Notes: a model not told the origin generated them from the letters alone. Positions 49,406 through 59,660 are shown, counted from the first letter of the stretch. The stretch is DNA of 64,000 nucleotides from Arcobacteraceae bacterium (GCA_048268245.1 JBLWVX010000002.1:1-64000); one strand, 5' to 3'. Translations and numbers: made by a program.

Positions 49406-52400
49406 TTATTTTTTAAGCTCTCTTGCTCCTATATTTCCATATCTGTGGTAAGAGTGAGAAACAGATTGTTCAATGAAGTAATTAAGAAGTTCTAATCTTC
49501 CTTCCATCATTGGTTTAGCTCTTACTATAAATGTAGTTGATTTATTAGCTTCTTTAAATACAGTAGGACTAACCTTTACAATATCAGAGTAAATAACTCT
49601 GTCATATGAAGAAATATTTTTCATCATTTTCTCTTCACTTTGCTCAACTAAACCATCTCTTGAAGTAAATAATTCAGTTTTGTTTGACTCTAAGAAATCT
49701 TTTACTAGATTATTGTTTTCAATTGAAACTTTAAAATGAACTCCAGCAACTCTTGCAGCAAGTATTCTTGAAACTGCTTCAAATAAAGTATCATCAGAAG
49801 ATACTCTAATTAATACATTTTCTAAAGGTATATATCTGAAATGATTATCTTCACCTCTTACATTACAATAATCTTTTTCTTGAGAAAACTCATTTTCATA
49901 ATTTGCATAATATGACTGTAATGCAACGCCTAATTTTTCAAAATCCTCTCTGTTATTATGAGTTTTTGCACAAGACTCAATAAAGCTTGCTAAATCAGAG
50001 TTATATCCTCTACTTACATTTGGTGTTTTAGTTTCAGTATAATCAACAAATTGAGTAATGTAATTGTAAATACCAACTTTTCTACCTGCACCAATTGCAG
50101 ATTTACCCATACCACCAAATGGTTGTCGAAGAACTATAGCACCTGTTGTTCCTCTATTTACATAAAGATTACCAGCTTTTAAGTTTGCTTTCCAGTATTC
50201 AACTTCTCTTTCATCAAGTGATTCAATACCTGAAGTTAATCCATATCCAGTTGAGTTTACAATCTCTACTGCATGTTTTAAATCTTTTGCTTTCATCACA
50301 GCTAAAACTGGTCCAAATAGCTCATTTTTATGAATAAAGTTACCTTCATCAACTCCCCACTTAATAGCAGGTTTTAACATAAATTCATTACCTTCTGCAT
50401 AAGAAGGCTCTAATGCCCACTCTTCATTTCCTTCAAGCTCATTAATTGCTTGTTTTAAAGCTCCACCTACTGGGTTTGCTAAAGTACCAATTCTATTAGA
50501 GAAATCCCAAACAGAACCAACACTCATAGATTTTGCTGTATCAACTAATGCTTTTCTAAATGACTTATCATTATAAACCTCTTCTTCCAATACAAGAAGT
50601 GAAGTTGCACTACATTTTTGTCCTGAGTTATTAAATGCAGATAAACATACATTTTTAACAGCTTGGTCTCTATCTGCCATATTTGTAACGATTGTTGCAT
50701 CTTTTCCACCAGTTTCAGCAGTTAAGAATAAATCAGGTCTTGTTTCTAACATATTATATGCAGTATCTTCACCACCTGTTAAAATTACAAAATCAACATC
50801 TTTGTTCGCGATAAGATGTTCACCTGCAAGTCTACCTGGACAAGGAACAAACTGTAAAACATTTTTAGAAATACCTGCATCCCAGAAACATTTACACATT
50901 TCATATGCAGTTAAAGCAGCAACTGAAGCAGGCTTGATAATTACAGTATTACCAGCAGCTAATGTAGAAGCAACACCACCTAAAGGAATAGCAACAGGGA
51001 AATTCCAAGGAGGTACAACTACACCAACACCTTTACCACTAAACTCTAAGTTTTCATATCTATCCCAATACTGTGCACTATGTGCATAGAATTCAATAAA
51101 ATCAACAGCCTCTGAAACTTCAACATCAGTTTCTGTAAAGATTTTACCAACCTCAGCAGCAGCAACACCAATTAAATCATCTCTTCTTTGTCTAACTTTA
51201 ATTGCCGCTTGTTTAAGCATAGCATGTCTTTGTTTATGAGATAAACTTCTCCATCCATCAACATCTTCTTTTGCAACTTCAACAGCTCTTTTTAAATCTT
51301 CAGCAGTAGCATTTGCAAATTTACCAGCTAAAACACCCTCTTTTACTTGAGACTTATCAATAGCTTCAACTACTTTTCTATCGCCAATTAAATCCTCACC
51401 CCCAACTACAACAGGAGCAACTTGATGTTGCGTGTCTTTTGAGAACTTCCATTTTTTTACAATATTTCTTGCCCACTCTTGGTTTGCAGGTAAAACAAAA
51501 TCAGTATCAGCTTCTGCATGATACTCACCTAAATCATAAGATGAACCATTAAAATCATCCCATTTCTCTTCTAATCTATTTTGTTGTCTTTTTGCACCTA
51601 CAAAAGATGTTTTTTCATTCTCAAAAGACTTTCTAAATAGTTGCTCTTGCATTTTCCAATCTCTTGAACCTACTTCAAGACCAAATGAGTATCTAATAAA
51701 GTTATTAGGACCTGTATTTTCATCAAGTCTTCTAACTAAATATGCAATTGCATTTGTAAATTGCTCTTTTGAAGCAGTTGGACCATATAAAATTGCATTT
51801 TTAGAAATCTCTTTTATTGCAAGTCTTGCAGACTCACTCATTCCTTCTAGCATCTCAATAGTATGATATTGTGAAGTATTATTTACTCTTGCTAATTCAA
51901 CAGCAAAAGCTTGTTCGAATAAGTTGTGAGAACCTGTTCCAACATGCATATATTTTGCATTTTCACTTTGAAGTGCATATCTAATCATTCTTTTATAGTT
52001 TGAGTCTGTATCACTTTTATCAGTATAAGTTACTAATTCCCAGTGCTTTTGAGAGGCTTCTGTTTCTTCCATCTCCATATTAGCCCCTTTTACAAGTCTA
52101 AATTTAATAGGACTTCCACCATTTTCAACTCTTGTCTTAGCCCATTGGCATAAATCTTTTTGAACTAAGAATGAATCTGGGATATAAGCTTGAAGTACAA
52201 TACCAGCATAGAAGTCTTTAAATTGTGGTAACTCTAAAGTTCTTTTAAACACCTCAACAGTAATATCTAAATCTCTATACTCTTCCATATCAAGATTGAT
52301 AAACTTATTAGATTTTGTTCCATCAGGTGCAGTGTATGGATATTTTTTTGCTTGTTCATAAATTCTAGTTAATTTTTTTACTAAAGTTTGAACTGTTCCT

Positions 52401-52981
52401 TCAAAGTTTAATGGATTAATTTGAGAATAAATAGTTGAAATTTTAATAGAAATATAATCAATATTTGGATTTTCTAAAGCTTTAAGATATTTTTCTATTC
52501 TTTCTTGGGCTTCTTCTTCTCCTAGTACTACTTCACCAATAAGGTTTACATTTATTCTAGTACCCTCTTCTCTTCTCATTTTAAGGTGTTTATTAAATGG
52601 CTCTTCTTCACCTTTTAAAACTACTGTTTTTGTATCATCTCTAATTTGATTAACAAACATAGGAACAGATAAATCAGGTAAGAATTTTCCAAAGTTTTTA
52701 AATAACCATAATAGAGTTTTATCTTTTGTTGTAAAGAAGTGAGCCATACCATGTTTTTCTAATAAAAATATGATTTGATCGGCTACTCTATCATTTGATT
52801 CACATCTAAAACATTGATCCATAAGCTCAATAAGTAATGCTTTATCTTCAGGATATTCAAGCATCTTATTCATTTTTTTATAAAACTCTCTATCATAATC
52901 ACTTACTAGCTCTGTTGCTCTACTTTGCCATTTTTGAGCTAACTTTATTGAAGATTCTATTAGTTCTTGTTCATTTTTCAT
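49406..52981 (-). CDS. putA: Bifunctional proline dehydrogenase / glutamate-semialdehyde dehydrogenase
   Basis: LDMEE, RLVKGAN, YLVRRLDEN; PWNFP, AETGGK, SGQKCSA, ELFGP; no N-terminal RHH. Confidence 0.96.
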   Translation of the reverse strand: MKNEQELIESSIKLAQKWQSRATELVSDYDREFYKKMNKMLEYPEDKALLIELMDQCFRCESNDRVADQIIFLLEKHGMAHFFTTKDKTLLWLFKNFGKFLPDLSVPMFVNQIRDDTKTVVLKGEEEPFNKHLKMRREEGTRINVNLIGEVVLGEEEAQERIEKYLKALENPNIDYISIKISTIYSQINPLNFEGTVQTLVKKLTRIYEQAKKYPYTAPDGTKSNKFINLDMEEYRDLDITVEVFKRTLELPQFKDFYAGIVLQAYIPDSFLVQKDLCQWAKTRVENGGSPIKFRLVKGANMEMEETEASQKHWELVTYTDKSDTDSNYKRMIRYALQSENAKYMHVGTGSHNLFEQAFAVELARVNNTSQYHTIEMLEGMSESARLAIKEISKNAILYGPTASKEQFTNAIAYLVRRLDENTGPNNFIRYSFGLEVGSRDWKMQEQLFRKSFENEKTSFVGAKRQQNRLEEKWDDFNGSSYDLGEYHAEADTDFVLPANQEWARNIVKKWKFSKDTQHQVAPVVVGGEDLIGDRKVVEAIDKSQVKEGVLAGKFANATAEDLKRAVEVAKEDVDGWRSLSHKQRHAMLKQAAIKVRQRRDDLIGVAAAEVGKIFTETDVEVSEAVDFIEFYAHSAQYWDRYENLEFSGKGVGVVVPPWNFPVAIPLGGVASTLAAGNTVIIKPASVAALTAYEMCKCFWDAGISKNVLQFVPCPGRLAGEHLIANKDVDFVILTGGEDTAYNMLETRPDLFLTAETGGKDATIVTNMADRDQAVKNVCLSAFNNSGQKCSATSLLVLEEEVYNDKSFRKALVDTAKSMSVGSVWDFSNRIGTLANPVGGALKQAINELEGNEEWALEPSYAEGNEFMLKPAIKWGVDEGNFIHKNELFGPVLAVMKAKDLKHAVEIVNSTGYGLTSGIESLDEREVEYWKANLKAGNLYVNRGTTGAIVLRQPFGGMGKSAIGAGRKVGIYNYITQFVDYTETKTPNVSRGYNSDLASFIESCAKTHNNREDFEKLGVALQSYYANYENEFSQEKDYCNVRGEDNHFRYIPLENVLIRVSSDDTLFEAVSRILAARVAGVHFKVSIENNNLVKDFLESNKTELFTSRDGLVEQSEEKMMKNISSYDRVIYSDIVKVSPTVFKEANKSTTFIVRAKPMMEGRLELLNYFIEQSVSHSYHRYGNIGARELKK

Positions 52982-53018
52982 CTATTTATCCTTAAAATTT
53001 ATTGTTTTTTAAATGAAT

Positions 53019-53101
53019 TTTAAGTAGCTTAGAGCGCACGCTTTTCATTTGTGCTCGTAAGAGGGGAGCAACCGCCAAGTATGCCCCTCTTGCTACTTAA
53101 A
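53019..53101 (-). other. GC-rich structured element (three-way junction) between livF and putA
   Basis: Outer stem TTTAAGTAGC/GCTACTTAAA encloses AAGAGGGG/CCCCTCTT and GAGCAC/GTGCGCTC stems. Confidence 0.65.
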
Positions 53102-53119
53102 TATTTTTCTTCTTCTTAA

Positions 53120-53842
53120 TTAATGTTTTTTTCCTAAATATGCTTCTTGAATTGTTTCTGAATTTAATAACTCTTCTGCTGTTCCAGCATGAGTAATTTT
53201 TCCAACTTCAAGTACATAAGCTCTATCAGCTAACTTCAATGCAGCCTTTGCATTTTGTTCAACTAATAAAACAGTTACTCCACTTTGAGCGATTTCTTTT
53301 ACAGCTTTGAAAATTGCTTTAATCAAAATTGGAGCTAATCCAAGTGATGGTTCATCAAGGATTAAAAGTTTTGGTTTTGACATAATAGCTCTACCAATTG
53401 CTAACATTTGTTGCTCACCACCTGAAAGTGTTCCAGCAAGTTGTTTTCTTCTCTCTTTTAATCTTGGCAAAATGTCATAAATCCACTCTAGTGTTTCTTT
53501 ATCATGATCTTTTAAAGTATAAGCTCCCATAAGCAAGTTTTCTTCAACTGTAAGTGTTCCAAAAACTCTTCTTCCTTCTGGTGAATGACTCATACCTAAA
53601 GTTACAATATCATGAGCAGCAGTTGCAGTAATATCATTTTTATCAAAAACAATATGACCTGACTTTGCTTTTAAAAGTCCTGAAATTGTTCTAAGAGTAG
53701 TAGTTTTCCCAGCACCATTAGCTCCTAGAATTGTTACAACTTCACCACGTCTAACTTGTAAAGATATACCTTTGATAGCGGCAATTGCTCCATATGAAAC
53801 ATGAAGATCTTTAATATCCAGTAATACTTCATTATTTACCAT
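53120..53842 (-). CDS. livF: Branched-chain-type amino acid ABC transporter ATPase
   Basis: GANGAGKTT, LSGGEQQMLAIGR, LDEPSLGLAP. Confidence 0.92.
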   Translation of the reverse strand: MVNNEVLLDIKDLHVSYGAIAAIKGISLQVRRGEVVTILGANGAGKTTTLRTISGLLKAKSGHIVFDKNDITATAAHDIVTLGMSHSPEGRRVFGTLTVEENLLMGAYTLKDHDKETLEWIYDILPRLKERRKQLAGTLSGGEQQMLAIGRAIMSKPKLLILDEPSLGLAPILIKAIFKAVKEIAQSGVTVLLVEQNAKAALKLADRAYVLEVGKITHAGTAEELLNSETIQEAYLGKKH

Positions 53843-54618
53843 TATTCATCCTCCTCATCATCTGAACCAATATAAGCTTCAAGAACCTTTGGATCATTTT
53901 GAACAAAACTTGGTTCACCTTGAGAAATCTCTTTACCAAAGTTAATAACTGTAATATAATCAGTTAAGTTCATAACCATATCCATATCATGTTCAATCAT
54001 CATAATCCCAAGACCCATTTCTTTAATCTTTTGAATAATTGCTGTTAACTCAATAGTTTCATTTTCATTAAGTCCTGCAGCTGGTTCATCTAAGATTAAA
54101 AGTTCAGGTTCAGCAGCTAAAGCTCTTGCCATCTCTACTTTTCTTTGAACTCCATAAGATAAATCACCTGTTGGATGCATTGCAAATTTAGTTAAACCAA
54201 AAAACTCCATAAGTTCTTCAACCTTTTCCCAATGCTTTTTCTCATCAGCTCTGTATGCAGATGTATGAACAATTGAGTGGTACCATTTTTGAGTTGATTT
54301 TGTATGACATCCAGCCATAATGTTTTCAGCCACACTCATCTCTTTAAATAGTCTAATATTTTGGAATGTTCTTAAAACTCCCCTTTGGGCAATTTTATGT
54401 GGACTCATTCCTGTAATATTTTCACCTTTATATTTAATGCTTCCTTTTTCAGGAGTATAAATACCAGTTACACAGTTAAAAAGTGTAGTTTTACCAGCAC
54501 CATTAGGTCCAATAATTCCATAAATCTGACCTGGTTTTACTTTGATTGTTAAATCATCAATTGCAACTAAACCATGGAAAAACTTTGAAACGTTTTCAAT
54601 CTCTAATACGTAATCCAT
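53842..54618 (-). CDS. livG: Branched-chain-type amino acid ABC transporter ATPase
   Basis: GPNGAGKTT, RTFQNIRLF, LDEPAAGLN, IEHDM. Confidence 0.92.
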   Translation of the reverse strand: MDYVLEIENVSKFFHGLVAIDDLTIKVKPGQIYGIIGPNGAGKTTLFNCVTGIYTPEKGSIKYKGENITGMSPHKIAQRGVLRTFQNIRLFKEMSVAENIMAGCHTKSTQKWYHSIVHTSAYRADEKKHWEKVEELMEFFGLTKFAMHPTGDLSYGVQRKVEMARALAAEPELLILDEPAAGLNENETIELTAIIQKIKEMGLGIMMIEHDMDMVMNLTDYITVINFGKEISQGEPSFVQNDPKVLEAYIGSDDEEDE

Positions 54619-55580
54619 TATTTCTCTCCTTGGCTTTTATTTGCTTTTTCTTTAATAAATTTAGGCACAATTCCAAATTTAGCTGGCCATACACCATTTG
54701 GTCTTAAAATCATTGTTAATACCATTGCTGCACCAAAGATTAGATATCTAGCTTCATCAAATTCAGTAAATAACTCTGGTAATACAAACATTACAAATGT
54801 TCCTATGATAATACCAGGAAGTGAAGCAGAACCACCCACAAGTACAATAGCAAAGAACATTACAGATTGCATAAAGTTAAATGACTCAGGAGATACAGCT
54901 GAATACTGAATAGCAAACACTGAACCAGCAGCACCTGCAATAGCAGCACCTAAAGCAAAGGCAAATAATTTATAGAATGAAATATTAATTCCCATAGATT
55001 TTGCTGCAATCTCATCTTTATTGATATAGTATAATGCTCTACCAAATGCTGATGTATCTAAGTTTCTAATAATTAATAATGTAATTAAAAGTAAACCAAA
55101 TGCAATATAGTAAATTGCAGTATCAGACCATAACTCATATCCAAATACTCTTACTACATCAATACCAAAAATACCATTTGGACCACCTGTTAAACCAAAA
55201 ATATCATTTGATAAAACTTGTTCAAAAATAATATTAAATCCAATAGTCGCAACTAAAAGGTAATCCCCTCTTAAGTGAATAATTGGACCAGCAAGTAATA
55301 CTGCTACAATCATAGGAAATAAAATTGCAAACGGAATTGTTGCAATAATTTCTAGTCCATAATGTACATTTAAAATAGCTGTTGTATATGCACCAATACC
55401 AAAGAAAATAGCATGACCCATATTGAAAATACCAGCTCTTCCTAAAATAATATCTTGAGAAAAAGCAACAACTGCAAATACTAAAAAAGTAATACCAATT
55501 GATAACCATGCTGAATCAACTAAAAACGGAAAAACTGCCATTATTGCTACAAAGGCAAGTAAAATATTTCTATTAATCAT
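54618..55580 (-). CDS. livM: Branched-chain-type amino acid ABC transporter permease
   Basis: GHAIFFGIGAY, LRGDYL, TGGPNG, RPNG. Confidence 0.9.
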   Translation of the reverse strand: MINRNILLAFVAIMAVFPFLVDSAWLSIGITFLVFAVVAFSQDIILGRAGIFNMGHAIFFGIGAYTTAILNVHYGLEIIATIPFAILFPMIVAVLLAGPIIHLRGDYLLVATIGFNIIFEQVLSNDIFGLTGGPNGIFGIDVVRVFGYELWSDTAIYYIAFGLLLITLLIIRNLDTSAFGRALYYINKDEIAAKSMGINISFYKLFAFALGAAIAGAAGSVFAIQYSAVSPESFNFMQSVMFFAIVLVGGSASLPGIIIGTFVMFVLPELFTEFDEARYLIFGAAMVLTMILRPNGVWPAKFGIVPKFIKEKANKSQGEK

Positions 55581-56482
55581 TATACTTTCTCCGCTGTTTT
55601 TTCACCAAGAATACCTGTAGGTCTAAAGATTAAAATTACAATTAACAGAATAAATGTAAACGTTTCAGCCCATTCAGTTGAAACATATCCTGAAATCATT
55701 GCATTAAATAACCCTAGTAATAATCCACCAAGCATTGCTCCTGGAATTGAACCAATTCCACCAATAATAGCTGCAATAAATGCATTTAAACCATAAAGCC
55801 ATCCCATATCAAATGTTAAACCTCTGTAGTAAATACCAATAAATAAACCACCTATAGCACCAAGCATAGAACCAATGATAAAAATAGTCATAATAATTCT
55901 ATTTACATTAATACCCATAAGCTTCGCTGCATCTTGATCAATTGCAGTTGCTCTAATAGCTGTTCCAACTTTTGTTTTATTAATAAAGATATATAATCCA
56001 ATCATTAAAACTGCTGACAATGCTAAAATCACTAACTGTGTAAATGAAATAACTACTGTTCCAAAAGTCCATGATGTATCTGGGAATACATTTGATGGGA
56101 AAATCTCCATATTTGGACCCCAAATCAGCATAATTCCATTTTGAATTACTAAAGATGCTCCAAGTGCTGAAACAACGGCACTTAACCTTGGTGCAGTTCT
56201 TAAAGGTCTATAAGCAAGACGCTCAAGAAGAACACCCACGAATGCTACTACCACTGCTGTTAAAGAAAATACAATTACAATGTTTACAATATTTAGTGCA
56301 TTTGAACCATAAAACTGTGTAAAAATAGTCAGTCCCACATAAGCAGAAAAGGCTACAAGGTCACCGTGTGCGAAGTTAATTAACCTCATCACACCGTAAA
56401 CCATTGTATAACCTAAAGCTACCAATGCATATAAACTTCCTATAGTTAAACCATTAATTAACTGTTGAAGAAAAATATCCAT
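55580..56482 (-). CDS. livH: Branched-chain-type amino acid ABC transporter permease
   Basis: QQLINGLTIGSLYALVALGYTMVYG, INFAHG. Confidence 0.92.
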   Translation of the reverse strand: MDIFLQQLINGLTIGSLYALVALGYTMVYGVMRLINFAHGDLVAFSAYVGLTIFTQFYGSNALNIVNIVIVFSLTAVVVAFVGVLLERLAYRPLRTAPRLSAVVSALGASLVIQNGIMLIWGPNMEIFPSNVFPDTSWTFGTVVISFTQLVILALSAVLMIGLYIFINKTKVGTAIRATAIDQDAAKLMGINVNRIIMTIFIIGSMLGAIGGLFIGIYYRGLTFDMGWLYGLNAFIAAIIGGIGSIPGAMLGGLLLGLFNAMISGYVSTEWAETFTFILLIVILIFRPTGILGEKTAEKV

Positions 56483-56497
56483 TTTTTACCTTAAAAT

Positions 56498-57619
56498 TTA
56501 TTGCCCTACTACTTTGTAAGAACCGTCTTTTTGGATGCTGTAAACCATAAATTTAGCACCAATTCTTTCACCATCATTTCTAAATGTTACAGGTCCTGTA
56601 ATACCTGGGTAATCTTTTAGAGTATGTAAGTAATCTGAAATCTTTTTAGTATCAAAAGATTTTGTTTGCTCAACACCATGCATAATAGCTCTTAATCCAT
56701 CGGCATTTACAACTGCCCAAATTGAAGGTGGCTTCATGTTATAAGTATCTTCATACATACCTAAATATTTTTTAGCCTCTTTGTATGGTAAGATATCTGG
56801 AGTTGGGAAGTTAATAAGTGTAGTTCCCTCTGCTGCTTTTCCTGCAAGTTTTAAGAAATCTGGGTTATCATTTGAATCACCACCGATGAAATCAGCATCA
56901 ATTCCTAACTGTGCTTGTTGAGCTCTTAATAAACCACCATCAGTATAGTAACCTGAATAATAAATAGCATCAGGGTTCATAGCTTTAATTTTAGTAAGCA
57001 TTGCTGTAAAGTTTTGAGTTCCTGATTTGATTTTACCTCTAAATACAACATTTCCACCAAGTTTTTTGATAGAAGCTTCTGTAGCATCACCAAGACCTGT
57101 TGAATATGAAGAATAATCAGATAAAACTACAATATTTTTATATTTTTTTGTATTTACCATATACTCAGCTGTAAAATCACTTTGTGCTGAATTTGGGAAT
57201 GAGTTTCTAAAGAAAGTCCAGTATTTTTTCTTAATTAAATCATCAGATGTACCATCTGAAGTTTGTAATACTTTACTTCTATAATATGTAGTTTGAGCTG
57301 CTTGTGTAGCTCCTGAAGTATAAGATCCAATTACTGCAAATACACCAGCGTTTACTAATTTCTTAGCACAAACAGCTGCTTTTTGAGCTTTTGCTTCATC
57401 ATCACAAGTGATAACTTCAATTTGCTTACCAAGTAATCCGCCTTGCTCATTTTTCTCATTTACAATTAACTTAACAAATTGATCAATTCCTTGACCTTCA
57501 TTTGCATATTTTCCAGTAATTGGAGCTTGTACTCCGATTTTTACAGTATCAGCAGCTACTAGTGAACTTGCAACTACAGCACTTAGTGCTAAAGCACCTG
57601 TTAATTTTTTAAAATTCAT
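56498..57619 (-). CDS. livJ: Branched-chain-type amino acid ABC transporter substrate-binding protein
   Basis: Start at ATG 57619 behind AAGGAG; signal peptide; KIGVQAPITG, GGLLGK, YYSGY. Confidence 0.85.
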   Translation of the reverse strand: MNFKKLTGALALSAVVASSLVAADTVKIGVQAPITGKYANEGQGIDQFVKLIVNEKNEQGGLLGKQIEVITCDDEAKAQKAAVCAKKLVNAGVFAVIGSYTSGATQAAQTTYYRSKVLQTSDGTSDDLIKKKYWTFFRNSFPNSAQSDFTAEYMVNTKKYKNIVVLSDYSSYSTGLGDATEASIKKLGGNVVFRGKIKSGTQNFTAMLTKIKAMNPDAIYYSGYYTDGGLLRAQQAQLGIDADFIGGDSNDNPDFLKLAGKAAEGTTLINFPTPDILPYKEAKKYLGMYEDTYNMKPPSIWAVVNADGLRAIMHGVEQTKSFDTKKISDYLHTLKDYPGITGPVTFRNDGERIGAKFMVYSIQKDGSYKVVGQ

Positions 57620-57654
57620 ATATCTCTCCTTAAATTTTTTTAATTTTAACTCTT

Positions 57655-58314
57655 CTAAAAAGTAGGCTCTATAATATAGCAACCCACACACCATTCACCT
57701 ATGTTGTCTATTTTATTAATCTCGCCTCCTTTAAAACTTGATTTTAAATTTTTATGTGAGTAAACAATCTTATCAAATGCTTCAATTATCTCTTCAACTC
57801 TTTTTTCGCTCTTTTTTCTTGCTGTATTTGAAATATCTAAGTAAAATGCAAATACACCATAATCTAAAGTAGAGTCTTCTTTTTTATCTCTTGAAATCAT
57901 CTTACACATTGTTTCAACATCATTTTTATACTCTTCTTGTACGTTTCTTACACCATTTTTTATACTCATAACAACTCTTGAAATTGAGTCATTATCACTT
58001 TTATGCTCAAATCTTTCATCAAGTGTAAGACATATAACATCGGGAGTTAAATAGTGTTCTTTCATAAACTCTCTAAATGCATCTCTTTTAGGTAATGAAC
58101 ATCTTAAAATATCTGCAATAGTTGCATCTATGAAAATCTCTGGTGGATTTTGAAGTTTTGCTATTTCTTGTGATACATGAATTGTAAGAAACTTTGGTGG
58201 AGCATATGATAAGTATAACTCATCAGCTGTCCAAAATGAGTAGTTTTTTTTTGCTTCTTTTATTCCAGTCATCACTGCATCAATAACTTCATTTTTTGAA
58301 GGGAAGTTATTCAT
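57655..58314 (-). CDS. Hypothetical protein, possible degenerate restriction-endonuclease-like fold
   Basis: 219 aa from ATG 58314 behind GGAG; overlaps the upstream small gene. Confidence 0.75.
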   Translation of the reverse strand: MNNFPSKNEVIDAVMTGIKEAKKNYSFWTADELYLSYAPPKFLTIHVSQEIAKLQNPPEIFIDATIADILRCSLPKRDAFREFMKEHYLTPDVICLTLDERFEHKSDNDSISRVVMSIKNGVRNVQEEYKNDVETMCKMISRDKKEDSTLDYGVFAFYLDISNTARKKSEKRVEEIIEAFDKIVYSHKNLKSSFKGGEINKIDNIGEWCVGCYIIEPTF

Positions 58315-58546
58315 TATCATCTCCAACATAGTTTTCATCAACTTCTTGAATTATTCCACTTTCACAAAGAATATCTTCAATCAATCTATTTTTTGAAATA
58401 TTTAAAGACTGACTTAAAACAACTAAAGCATTATCTAGTCTTTTATCAATTTTGATAGTCAACTGAGATATTTCTTTTTTATTACTTTTTAAATGATTAT
58501 TAATAACCTTTTGGATTACTGTTCTTTTATTTTTTTGTTTTGCCAT
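58307..58546 (-). CDS. Probable ribbon-helix-helix DNA-binding protein
   Basis: SQLTIKIDKRLDNALVVLSQSLNISKNRLIEDIL fits the CopG/MetJ-type strand-helix-helix pattern. Confidence 0.7.
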   Translation of the reverse strand: MAKQKNKRTVIQKVINNHLKSNKKEISQLTIKIDKRLDNALVVLSQSLNISKNRLIEDILCESGIIQEVDENYVGDDNE

Positions 58547-58570
58547 CTTAAATTCTCTAAATAAATTTTA

Positions 58571-58589
58571 GTACTACTTTTAGTAGTAC
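58571..58589. promoter_or_regulatory. Candidate operator for the RHH-liv-putA operon
   Basis: Perfect GTACTAC-N5-GTAGTAC inverted repeat about 25 nt upstream of the RHH start codon. Confidence 0.6.
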
Positions 58590-58726
58590 CTTTTTTCATT
58601 TAGTCATTATTTCATAGCAAAACTTAACTGATTCTTAATTTTTATAGATAAATTATATACTTTTTAGACAATTGTTACAAAAAAGTTGCAAATGCTATTC
58701 TATTGCTATTCAAGGTACTTTATTAG

Positions 58727-59608
58727 CTATTTTGAGAATTTAAATTGTTGAATTACTAAACCTAAAACAATAGTACTTAAACCTATAACTGTAGATACGT
58801 ATATCTTCTCTCCAACAATAAAATATATAAATACTAAAGACAAAAATGGAGATATAAAAATTAGATTTGCTATTTTTGAAGTTGACGTTGCACTTTGCAT
58901 AGCTTTTAACCAAAACAAAAATGTAATACCCATTTCAAACATTCCCACATAACTTGCTGCTAAAATACCATTTAATGATGGCAAGTTTACTGGTTGTGTT
59001 AATAAAAAATAAACAATAATTATTGGAAGAGAAACTAAAAAGTTACTAAACAATCCAACAATAGGGTCAACTTTTGATTTTGTATTTAAAATCCAATACA
59101 TAGACCAAAGAACAGTAGATAATAAAGCTAAAAAAACTCCATCTAGATTTGAAAAGTTAAGTGAAAAAGGTTCACCTTTTGTTGAAATAATTAAAACCCC
59201 AAAATAACAAATGATACCTGCAACTATATCATTTATTGTAAGTTTCTGTTTTAAAAATATTACTGATAAAAAAGCTAACATCAATGCCCAAGTATAATTA
59301 ATAGCTTGAGCTTCTTGCGCAGGTAATAAATCATAGGCTTTAAATAAAACAACATAATATAAAAAAGGATTAATAAGTCCAAGCAAAAAAACTATTTTAA
59401 AGTTGTTTTTTATATGTTCTTTTACAAGAGCAAATTTCTTTTCATATGCTATTACTAAAGATAAAACTAAGGTAGAACTAATTGATGCATATAAAACTAG
59501 CTCATAGGGTGTTAAATAATCAAGTGAGATTTTAAAAGCAGTAGCAACTGTTGACCAAAAAAATATTGCTATTAGTGCATATTTATATGCTGTAGTTTGA
59601 GTATTAAT
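58727..59608 (-). CDS. DMT/EamA family transporter, full length from a probable ATT start
   Basis: Frame stays open 74 codons upstream of the tracked TTG (AYKYALIAIFFWSTVATAFK); AAGGA RBS 6 nt before ATT at 59608; 293 aa. Confidence 0.85.
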   Translation of the reverse strand: MNTQTTAYKYALIAIFFWSTVATAFKISLDYLTPYELVLYASISSTLVLSLVIAYEKKFALVKEHIKNNFKIVFLLGLINPFLYYVVLFKAYDLLPAQEAQAINYTWALMLAFLSVIFLKQKLTINDIVAGIICYFGVLIISTKGEPFSLNFSNLDGVFLALLSTVLWSMYWILNTKSKVDPIVGLFSNFLVSLPIIIVYFLLTQPVNLPSLNGILAASYVGMFEMGITFLFWLKAMQSATSTSKIANLIFISPFLSLVFIYFIVGEKIYVSTVIGLSTIVLGLVIQQFKFSK

Positions 59609-59660
59609 GTTAAATCCTTTAAAAGAAAGAATTGTAACATAAAAGTTATACGTTTATTTC

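Noticed and set aside
57620..57694. Extended N-terminus of livJ
   Set aside because: Overlaps the upstream gene; signal peptide and RBS support ATG 57619
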